The translations under genes were made by a program, and so were the position numbers. 64,000 bases of DNA from Sphingomonadaceae bacterium (GTDB lineage: Bacteria > Pseudomonadota > Alphaproteobacteria > Sphingomonadales > Sphingomonadaceae). Shown piece by piece: positions 57,736 to 64,000 of the stretch. The notes under the pieces were generated by a model that searched no databases, was not told the DNA's origin, and was given only the letters and a program-made list of their open reading frames with translations. Every line of letters starts with the position of its first letter. Position 1 is the stretch's first letter. The DNA lies in assembly GCA_035566015.1 (NCBI GenBank), contig DATMRS010000017.1, positions 43,449 to 107,448 on the forward strand, read 5' to 3'.

Positions 57736-58525
57736 TGAGCAACGCCGTACCGAGCCTCCACATGGTGGATATCGAGGGCAGCCAATGCTTCCCGATGTTT
57801 CTCTACGAAACGGAGGGCGGGCAATGAGCGATACGCAAGCCAGCCTCTTCGAGCAGGATTCGCCTCAGCCCCGAATCGTGCGCCGCGACGGCATTACCGA
57901 CGAAGGGCTGGCCCATTTCCAGGCGGCCTATCCCGAAGAGGCGATCAGCAAGAAAGACCTGTTCTACTACATCTATGGCCTACTCCATTCAGAGGACTAT
58001 CGCGCTCGTTTCGCCGACAATCTCTCAAAGCAATTACCGCGCATTCCCCGCGTGAAAACCGCTGCTGATTTCCGGGCCTTTTCCAAGTCAGGGCGTGCGC
58101 TGGCGGGATTGCATGTGAACTACGAACAGGTGGAGCCTTACCCCGTTACAATCGCTGAGGGTGATTTTCGGCTGGCCAATATCCCCGACCCGGTGAAATT
58201 CTACCGCGTCGAGAAAATGAAATTTGGCGGCAAGCGTCCGAATCTCGACAAAACGACCGTCACCTACAACACCAACATCACCATGACCGGTATCCCGCTG
58301 GAAGCCTATGAGTATGTGGTGAACGGCAAGCCCGCGCTGGAATGGGTGATGGAGCGCCAGTGCGTGAAGACCGACAAGGCCAGCGGCATCGTCAACGATG
58401 CCAATCGCTATGCCAACGAAACCGTGGGCGACCCCGCCTACCCCCTACTGCTGTTCCAACGGGTGATCACGGTAAGCTTGGAAACGATGAAAATCGTGCG
58501 GGCGTTGCCGAGGCTGGAGATTTAA
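57608..58525 (+). CDS. C-terminal (Type ISP C-domain-like) segment of the R-M enzyme in the +1-shifted frame. Also translatable on its own from ATG 57824.
   Basis: This frame is open from 57608, just after a TAG at 57605-57607, through the repeat to the stop at 58525. From 57824 it reads MSDTQASLFEQ...RRDGITDEGLAHFQAAYPEE..ISKKDLFYYIYGLLHSEDYRARFADNLSKQLPRIPRVKTAADFRAF...GRALAGLHVNYE..., which is the usual continuation after the QCFP..LY.. motif. GGAGGG lies 7 nt before ATG 57824. Confidence 0.75.
   Translation, partial: PEQNRTEQNRTEQLYPPLTEEQEQNLVICTSGGGAESRLQRIDEQRRTEPPHGGYRGQPMLPDVSLRNGGRAMSDTQASLFEQDSPQPRIVRRDGITDEGLAHFQAAYPEEAISKKDLFYYIYGLLHSEDYRARFADNLSKQLPRIPRVKTAADFRAFSKSGRALAGLHVNYEQVEPYPVTIAEGDFRLANIPDPVKFYRVEKMKFGGKRPNLDKTTVTYNTNITMTGIPLEAYEYVVNGKPALEWVMERQCVKTDKASGIVNDANRYANETVGDPAYPLLLFQRVITVSLETMKIVRALPRLEI
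57609..57645 (+). repeat. perfect pentanucleotide microsatellite (CAGAA)7 plus CA inside the R-M coding sequence
   Basis: Read directly: ca gaaca x7 at 57609-57645. Translated RTEQNRTEQNRT in the upstream frame. Confidence 0.97.
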
Positions 58526-58701
58526 GGCCTGTCGCGCGCGCGACTAGCATCTTCCGCGCGATATCTCTGTTGTCCGACACGAGATCAACGGCTGGAAATG
58601 GCCGGGCTTCACCCTTTGCTATCGATGGGCGCTGGCAGAGTTCGCTAGCGTCCGCTATGTTCCGCATATGTACCAGACGTTCGCTTGGAAGGGGCGAGCC
58701 A

Positions 58702-59541
58702 ATGACAGGATATGCAGGCATGGACGATAATGGAAGCGCGGCGGCGGCTCTTGCGATCATTCGAGAATGGGAATGGGAGTACGAGGATTTTGATGGCTTC
58801 GGTACGACGCCGAAATGGCTTTCTCTGAACGAAGCGATGAACTCGCTTGCGTTCGCGGGTCATGCTGATCCGGCTCGCGCGTTCCTTAGGCTCCTGGCCG
58901 ATGGTGCGCTGGTGACGCGGGGCAAATACCAGTGGCGGGCTTTTCGAGCGGGTAACCATTTCGACGGAGAGGGAAGCGGGGGCATTCCACCGGCACGCTG
59001 GCTTGTAATCGTCGATTCCACTCCTTTTGACATGTTTGATCTGCCAAAGCTTGGGTTATCAAACATGGAGCCAGGTGATTGGGACTGGCGGAATGGTTGC
59101 TGCACCGTCGCGGCGGCCTCTGACGGCGATCCAGCCAAATGGTGGGAAACCGGATATGCCGAGGAATGGTTTTCCGCTTGGGATATCGAAGTGCATTGCC
59201 CGTCAGTCGATTTCCCGAAGAGCGATAGTGCCCCTGCTGTCGAGAATGACGCTTGCGAGCCTGCCGAACCTCTGGTGCCCATCATTGGTCATAGCAAAGG
59301 CCGTCCGCCCAAATACGATTGGGAAGGCGCGTTAGCCCATGTCACGGCTGTAGCGAACACGCCGGACGGCCTGGAAACCGGCCCTGGCGCACAGGCTGCA
59401 ATTGAGCGCTTGATGGCCGACCATTTCACGCGGACCAGCAATGATGGAAGCGGCCCTTGCGAGTCCGAAATCCGCAAGCGGGCGAGCCGTGTGATGAAGG
59501 CAATCGAGGCGTTGAAGCCGTCGCTTTCCAAGGTCGCGTAA
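58702..59541 (+). CDS. hypothetical protein (Trp/acidic-rich N-part, conserved-looking GRPPKYDW C-part)
   Basis: In-frame part of ORF 58342..59541 from MTGYAGMDDNG. GGAAGGGG SD upstream. No family recognised. Confidence 0.6.
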   Translation: MTGYAGMDDNGSAAAALAIIREWEWEYEDFDGFGTTPKWLSLNEAMNSLAFAGHADPARAFLRLLADGALVTRGKYQWRAFRAGNHFDGEGSGGIPPARWLVIVDSTPFDMFDLPKLGLSNMEPGDWDWRNGCCTVAAASDGDPAKWWETGYAEEWFSAWDIEVHCPSVDFPKSDSAPAVENDACEPAEPLVPIIGHSKGRPPKYDWEGALAHVTAVANTPDGLETGPGAQAAIERLMADHFTRTSNDGSGPCESEIRKRASRVMKAIEALKPSLSKVA

Positions 59542-59706
59542 ACGGCGCTTGGCGGGAAGGCCGATAAATCCCGCCGCGCATGATAATCAGCCTTTCCCGG
59601 CCCTTATGGGCCTTTATCGGCGGACAACCGCAGCCATCCGCCAGCATCCTTTCGCATACCGCCGAGGCATTTCGCCACGGCGCAATCGCGAAGGAAACGG
59701 CCAATC

Positions 59707-59892
59707 ATGGCAATTCAGGAACAGGGTCCGCCTCTCGCCTACAGTATTAAGGAGGCTTGTCGCGTTTCGTCATTGGGGCGCACCCGCCTTTATGCCCTTA
59801 TCAACGAGGGCCGGCTCGAAAGCCGCAAGATCGGCAAGCGCACACTGATCCCCGCCGTAAGCTTGCGCCGCCTGATCGAGGGGGAGGCGTGA
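59707..59892 (+). CDS. AlpA/MerR-type helix-turn-helix DNA-binding protein (excisionase/regulator of integrative elements)
   Basis: 61 aa. YSIKEACRVSSLGRTRLYALINEGRLESRKIGKRTLIPAVSLRRLIEG. AGGAA SD upstream. Confidence 0.8.
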   Translation: MAIQEQGPPLAYSIKEACRVSSLGRTRLYALINEGRLESRKIGKRTLIPAVSLRRLIEGEA

Positions 59893-59895
59893 GCC

Positions 59896-60078
59896 ATGGC
59901 CCAGACATACGAAGCCCCGCACATTGGCGGGGCGTCGCGGAACAACTGTGGTGGCTGCTTCCGTGCTTTTTCTACCCCGCGCGTCTTGCAGACGCAATTC
60001 CTGATCGCGGCCTGCCAGGTCCGCCCCGAACTGGCGGCGATGCTGGCTGCGTTCGTCTTCGGGGGAGGCGGGGCATGA
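59896..60078 (+). CDS. small hypothetical protein (60 aa)
   Basis: The ORF begins 4 nt after the alpA-like stop and ends in an ATGA overlap with the primase start, so it is positioned for translational coupling. No homology recognised. Confidence 0.35.
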   Translation: MAQTYEAPHIGGASRNNCGGCFRAFSTPRVLQTQFLIAACQVRPELAAMLAAFVFGGGGA

Positions 60079-60998
60079 TAGACCTTCACGCCATCCGCGC
60101 TGCCAATCCGCTGCCTTCGATTGTGGGGGCAACAGTGAAGCTCCAGCGCGCGGGCCGCGAGTATAAGGCTTGCTGCCCCTTTCATCCCGACAGGTCGCCC
60201 TCCTTCACCATCTTTGCGGATGGCGAGCGCTTCCATTGCTTCGGCTGCGGGGCATCCGGCGACGTGCTGGATTTTGTGCAGCGGGCGTATGCCGTGCGGC
60301 TACCCGAGGCGGCACGGATGCTCGGCGCGGGCGATATGCCCCGGCGGCCCATGCCTTCGAGCCCCGAGGCTTCGGACGGCGCCGACACCCGCGCGAAGCG
60401 TGCGCGCGCCCTGGCGATCTGGCACCGGGCCAAGTCGGCGGCCGGGACGCTGGCAGAGGCCTATTTGCGCTTCCGGGGCATCCTTCCCCCCTATCCGCCT
60501 GATTTGCGGTTCCTGCGCCTTCGCTGTGGCAATCTGGGGGCGTTGCCGTGCCTTGTCGCTGCGGTGCGCGACGTGGCGGGCACGGTGATCGGCATTCAGC
60601 GGATCTGGCTTGCCGGCGATGGGCAGGGAAAGGCGGCCATTACCACCCCCAAACGATCGCTGGGCCAGGTGAAGGGCGGCGCAATCCGGCTCGGCAAGCT
60701 GGACGGCACGGGCTGGCTGACCGTCTGTGAAGGCCCCGAAGATGGCCTGTCGCTGCGGAACATGCTGGGCGGCCCGGTTTGGGTGGCGGCGGGGGCGACG
60801 TTCCTGCCCGCGATGCAGTTTCCCCCCGAGGTGCGAACGATCGTGATCGGGGCGGACAACGACCCGGCCGGGTGCAGGGCGGCAGAGGATGCGGCGCAGG
60901 CCTATGCCGGGCGCGGGCTATCCGTCCGCATCATCCGGCCCCTTTCTGGCTGCAAGGACTTCAACGACGAATTGAGGGGGCGCGGCAATGGCTGCTAA
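60075..60998 (+). CDS. DNA primase: CHC2 zinc finger plus Toprim-like domain
   Basis: In-frame part of ORF 59757..60998 from MIDLHAIRAANPLPSIVG. CCPFHPDRSPSFTIFADGERFHCFGCGASGDVLDF zinc finger. ...VCEGPEDGLSL...GADNDPAG Toprim-type acidic motifs. Confidence 0.85.
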   Translation: MIDLHAIRAANPLPSIVGATVKLQRAGREYKACCPFHPDRSPSFTIFADGERFHCFGCGASGDVLDFVQRAYAVRLPEAARMLGAGDMPRRPMPSSPEASDGADTRAKRARALAIWHRAKSAAGTLAEAYLRFRGILPPYPPDLRFLRLRCGNLGALPCLVAAVRDVAGTVIGIQRIWLAGDGQGKAAITTPKRSLGQVKGGAIRLGKLDGTGWLTVCEGPEDGLSLRNMLGGPVWVAAGATFLPAMQFPPEVRTIVIGADNDPAGCRAAEDAAQAYAGRGLSVRIIRPLSGCKDFNDELRGRGNGC

Positions 60999-62520
60999 CC
61001 CGAGCATACAAGAGCGGCTGGCAGCGGCGGACCCGTTTGCCGGTTGGCCCGATCCGATTCCGCTGCGGGACGAACTACCGCCGGTGCTGGCCTTCCCACC
61101 CGATCTGTTGCCGAGCCAATTGCGCGGCTGGGTGCTCGACATTGCCGAGCGCATGAATTGCCCGGTTGATCTGGTGGCCATCCCGGCCATGGTTTCGGCC
61201 GGGGCGCTTATCGGGCGGCGCATCGGCATTCGACCCCAGCGACGCACCACATGGCTGGAAGTGGGCAATCTGTGGGGGTGCGTCGTCGCCCGGCCCGGCT
61301 GCATGAAAAGCCCGGCGGCAGCCGAAGCGCTTGCCCCGATCCGGGGACTGGAAGCCAAAGCGGCGGAATGGAACAAGGAGGCCGCCGCCCGGTTCGAGGT
61401 AGCCGAGGCCGTGCACAAGCTGGAGCGCGGCGACGCCGACAAGGCCGCGCGAAAGCGGCTGAAAGACGAGGGCGCGGACTCCGCGCGGAAGGTGCTGGCG
61501 GCGCTTGTGACGCCCGAGCCGCCATCGGAGCGGCGGTACTTCACAAGCGACGCCACGGCGGAAAAGCTGGGCGAGATATGCGCGGCCAATCCGGATGGCA
61601 TCCTGGTTCATCGCGACGAACTGGTGCCGCTCTTCACCGACCTGGACAGCCCCGAAAAGGCATCGGCGCGTGGATTCTTCCTGACCGGCTGGGGTGGGCA
61701 GGAAGGCTACACCTTCGATCGCATCATGCGCGGCACCGTGCGCGTGCCAGCGGTCAACCTGTCGGTATTCGGGACGACCCAGCCGAGCCGCATCGCCGCC
61801 TATATGCGCGACAGCATCCGGCGATTCGATGATGGCATGGTCCAGCGTTTGCAGTTGCTGGCCTGGCCGGATTTCACGGGCGAATTTCGAGAGGTGGACC
61901 GCTACCCGGACAGCGAGGCGCGGCGGCTGGCGCATGAATGCTATGCCGATCTGGCCGGTCTCAACCTGCACGAAATCGGCGCGCAACGGGATGAAGTCGA
62001 CGGTCTGGGAGCGGTGCCCTTCCTGCGCTTTGCCGATGATGCGCAGGATATTTTCACCGAATGGCGGGCAGCGCTTGAAGCGGAATTGCGAGGCCAGGAT
62101 TTGGCCCCGGCGCTGGTGGCCCATTTGTCCAAATATCGCGGGCTGATCCCCCGGCTGGCCCTAATCTGCCATCTTGCCAACAATGCCTACGGCCCGGTTT
62201 CGATTGAGGCGGTACGGCAGGCTTTGGGCTGGGCCGATTATCTCCGATCCCATGCCCGGCGCGCCTATGCCTCGACCATGATCGATAATGCCGAGGCGGC
62301 ACGGGCGATCTGGCGGCGCGTCCACAGAGGTGATCTGCCCCAGCCGTTCACCGCGCGCGACATTCGCCAAAAGGGATGGTCTGGCCTGACAGAGCAAAGC
62401 CGGATCGAGGCCGGCCTGGAAGCGCTTACCGATGCCTACCGCCTCCGGGCTGAAAAGGTCGATACCGGGGGGCGGCCGTCAACACTCTATCGCGCCAATC
62501 CCAAGGCCATGCACGCATGA
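60988..62520 (+). CDS. DUF3987 (YfjI-like) protein, putative replicative helicase partner of the primase
   Basis: 510 aa. ...WPDPIPL...P.FP.DLLP..LR.WV..IAE..., ...ERRYFTSDATAEKLGEI...GILVHRDEL..., typical of DUF3987 proteins of integrative elements. Confidence 0.75.
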   Translation: MAANPSIQERLAAADPFAGWPDPIPLRDELPPVLAFPPDLLPSQLRGWVLDIAERMNCPVDLVAIPAMVSAGALIGRRIGIRPQRRTTWLEVGNLWGCVVARPGCMKSPAAAEALAPIRGLEAKAAEWNKEAAARFEVAEAVHKLERGDADKAARKRLKDEGADSARKVLAALVTPEPPSERRYFTSDATAEKLGEICAANPDGILVHRDELVPLFTDLDSPEKASARGFFLTGWGGQEGYTFDRIMRGTVRVPAVNLSVFGTTQPSRIAAYMRDSIRRFDDGMVQRLQLLAWPDFTGEFREVDRYPDSEARRLAHECYADLAGLNLHEIGAQRDEVDGLGAVPFLRFADDAQDIFTEWRAALEAELRGQDLAPALVAHLSKYRGLIPRLALICHLANNAYGPVSIEAVRQALGWADYLRSHARRAYASTMIDNAEAARAIWRRVHRGDLPQPFTARDIRQKGWSGLTEQSRIEAGLEALTDAYRLRAEKVDTGGRPSTLYRANPKAMHA

Positions 62521-62558
62521 ACGCCCCCGACAGGAACCCCCGAAACCAACAAAAGCCC

Positions 62559-62576
62559 TTTTGGGGGTTTTGGGGG
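62559..62576 (+). repeat. tandem TTTTGGGGG x2
   Basis: cttttgggggttttgggggc read directly in the DUF3987-downstream intergenic region. Shares the G5 core with the island-end motifs. Confidence 0.7.
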
Positions 62577-62616
62577 CAACCCTCCCCGGCACTTTCCCGA
62601 AAATCGAGGTGAACCC

Positions 62617-63312
62617 ATGACGGCACGCAAGAGCAAGGCGAAGCCCCCAGTGGACAAGGCAACGCGCCCGCCAAAAACCCCAATCATTATTGAGGAAGGC
62701 GAAGAGACAGCGGACGCCATCACGCGTGCAACGATCGCCCCGGCGCTACGGCACGGACAGCTCGCCCTGGAATTGGCCAAGCCATTTTTTAGCGGGATGC
62801 CCAAGGATCAACAGCCCGCGCTGGCGCACTTCGTAAGCGAGATCGCGACGCGGGCCAGCGAAGCCGGCGGGGGCGATATGGCGCTGGCCAGCCGGCTACT
62901 CGCCGCGCAGGCCATGACGCTGGATGGCATCTTCACCGAATGCGCCCGGCGATCGGCGCTCAATATGGGCGAATATATCAACGCCTCCGAACGCTATATG
63001 CGCCTGGCCCTCAAGGCGCAGGCCAATTCCCGTGCGACGATCGAAGCGCTGGCGAAGCTGCATAGCCCGCGCGAACAGACGGTGCGGCACGTTCACGTCA
63101 ACGAAGGCGGCCAAGCCGTCATTGCCGATGAATTTCACCATCACGCGGGGGGCGCAGAAAATGCACAATCGACCGAACAACCCCATGCAACCCGAACCGG
63201 CGCGATTGGCGGCCGCCCCGCGCTGTCTGGCCCGGACCCGCTCGGGGAAGCCTTGTCGCTCCCCGGCGGTGAAGGGGCGCAAGCGGTGCCGAATGCACGG
63301 CGGCAAGGGTAG
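62617..63312 (+). CDS. hypothetical protein of the island backbone
   Basis: 231-aa ORF with GAGGTG SD. The helical part ...RLLAAQAMTLDGIFTECARRSALNMGEYINASERYMRLALKAQANSRATIEALAKLHSPREQTV is of a kind I recall next to primase/DUF3987 modules. The family name is unknown to me. Confidence 0.55.
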   Translation: MTARKSKAKPPVDKATRPPKTPIIIEEGEETADAITRATIAPALRHGQLALELAKPFFSGMPKDQQPALAHFVSEIATRASEAGGGDMALASRLLAAQAMTLDGIFTECARRSALNMGEYINASERYMRLALKAQANSRATIEALAKLHSPREQTVRHVHVNEGGQAVIADEFHHHAGGAENAQSTEQPHATRTGAIGGRPALSGPDPLGEALSLPGGEGAQAVPNARRQG

Positions 63313-63439
63313 CGGCGCGCCCAAAGCCAACCGCAACGCCTGGAAACACGGCGCGAGGGCCGCCAGCACGCGCGATACGCTCGCGTTGATCCGTGCACTT
63401 GGCGAAATGCTCGACGATAGCAGGGGAGAAGCCTGCTAG
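63161..63439 (+). CDS. small basic protein with CRxxxxxGxxCRMHGG...GAPKxNxNAxKHG motif
   Basis: In-frame part of ORF 62924..63439 from MHNRPNNPMQ. It overlaps the previous ORF by 152 nt in another frame. The motif recurs in small proteins of alphaproteobacterial mobile elements (recollection, unverified). Confidence 0.45.
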   Translation: MHNRPNNPMQPEPARLAAAPRCLARTRSGKPCRSPAVKGRKRCRMHGGKGSGAPKANRNAWKHGARAASTRDTLALIRALGEMLDDSRGEAC

Positions 63440-63677
63440 CCGATCCGTGGCCATGCACCCCTCCGGGGGGGCTTCAAAGTTCAGCGCTCGCGAAGCGGAC
63501 ACCGCAGTGAACCTGTGTTAAATCGCTAAGTCAGTTTTTGTCAGATTTTTGCACGCGCGACCCCATGAAAGGCGGACGGACGCATGGAGGCGGTATCGCG
63601 CCAGCCCCCTCGCATTGGCGCGAAAGGCGGCCTGAACCGCGCATCCATCATTCATCCCCGTTCGCCACTATCCAGCA

Positions 63678-63702
63678 TTTTTGGGGGTATTTTTGGGGGT
63701 AT
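63678..63702 (+). repeat. tandem TTTT(T)GGGGGTAT x2 at the distal end of the island
   Basis: catttttgggggtatttttgggggtattctg read directly. Same GGGGGTAT core as the int-proximal cluster. Confidence 0.85.
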
Positions 63703-63850
63703 TCTGTAAAATTGCTCTATAATAAATGGCTAGTTTCAGCTATTTTTTAGCATTAATGTGATGCCGTCCCTGTCCCCGAATAGCGACATCTTGCCAGTCG
63801 GCGCCGGTTCCTTCACTGATTGATCAACGATCATCAGGAGAAAGCCGGAC

Positions 63851-64000
63851 ATGAGCGAAGAACGCCCCGTCGATCGCAGCGCCGTGATCGGCATGATTAC
63901 CGCCTGCTGGAAAACGCAGGTGATCGGTGAAGGCGTGCGGCGCGGGATATTCGAAGCACTGGCGGAAGAACCGGATACGGCCGGCGCTCTCGCGACCGCC
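63851..64000 (+). CDS. N-terminus of a probable O-methyltransferase-family protein (dimerisation/wHTH domain), truncated by the window end
   Basis: ATG 63851 preceded by GGAGAAAG. MSEERPVDRSAVIGMITACWKTQVIGEGVRRGIFEALAEEPDTAGALATA resembles the N-terminal domain of class I SAM O-methyltransferases. Confidence 0.4.
   Translation, partial: MSEERPVDRSAVIGMITACWKTQVIGEGVRRGIFEALAEEPDTAGALATA

Larger units (their letters stand above)
50686..63771. mobile_element. tRNA-Phe-associated integrative island (about 13 kb): integrase, cargo, AlpA-like excisionase, primase, DUF3987 replication module
   Basis: It starts immediately 3' of an intact tRNA-Phe with a P4-type integrase as first gene. The right end is proposed at an AT-rich patch with a 9-nt match (CCGTCCCTG, 63763-63771) to the tRNA 3' end. 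GGGGGTAT motif arrays occur at both extremities. The right boundary is uncertain. Confidence 0.7.

Noticed and set aside
57735-57827. 30-aa ORF MSNAVPSLHMVDIEGSQCFPMFLYETEGGQ as an independent gene
   Set aside because: It is a fragment homologous to an internal segment of the R-M protein with no SD of its own. It is better explained as a relic of a former allele (reported as a finding), not as a gene.
1-64000. CRISPR arrays, rRNA genes, IS elements/transposases, toxin-antitoxin pairs
   Set aside because: I looked for regularly spaced direct repeats, rRNA-like conserved stretches, DDE/transposase-like ORFs with terminal inverted repeats, and small adjacent ORF pairs. None were found by eye. 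The only regular repeats are the pentanucleotide tract and the G5TAT motifs.

Overview
Visibly GC-rich (eyeballed at mid-60s %, not computed) alphaproteobacterial chromosome segment. Gene content looks sphingomonad-like, but that is an inference. No rRNA, CRISPR array or transposase/IS was seen.

Layout:
- 1-3.8 kb: housekeeping genes aspS (partial), rnd, accA.
- 3.9-24.3 kb: a catabolic gene island of unknown substrate. It holds a TonB-dependent receptor, an MFS transporter, two enolase-superfamily/TauD pairs, a two-subunit Fe-S hydro-lyase, a flavin reductase, a cupin, a GntR regulator, a CoA-transferase A subunit without a B subunit, a thiolase, a quinohemoprotein alcohol dehydrogenase, two 2-hydroxyacid dehydrogenases and an amidohydrolase.
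- 24.3-36.1 kb: core genes (xerD, aroK-aroB, ROK kinase, ampG, a receiver protein, a dicarboxylate symporter, a pseudouridine synthase, rsmD, bacterial topoisomerase IB, a GlcG-like protein).
- 36.2-45.3 kb: a co-directional, overlap-coupled respiratory module. It runs CtaG, CoxII-cytochrome c fusion, CoxI, CoxIII, a membrane protein, cytochrome c, an XoxF-type PQQ dehydrogenase, cytochrome c, a beta-propeller protein and an MxaJ/XoxJ-like binding protein.
- 45.4-50.6 kb: core genes plus tRNA-Ser and tRNA-Phe.
- 50.7 to about 63.8 kb: an integrative island of about 13 kb at tRNA-Phe. It carries a P4-type integrase, cargo genes, an AlpA-like excisionase, a CHC2/Toprim primase and a DUF3987 protein.

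Most interesting signal: the island cargo is a single-polypeptide nuclease-helicase-methyltransferase of the Type ISP-like restriction-modification kind. Its C-terminal domain is out of frame by one nucleotide. The frame break lies exactly at a (CAGAA)7 pentanucleotide tract, with a G7 tract about 60 nt downstream. Gain of one repeat unit, loss of two units, or loss of one G would each restore an ORF of about 1,700 codons. That is the signature of a slipped-strand phase-variable switch.

Other island features: a diverged relic copy of the junction segment, two orphan cargo genes, and GGGGGTAT motif arrays at both island ends.
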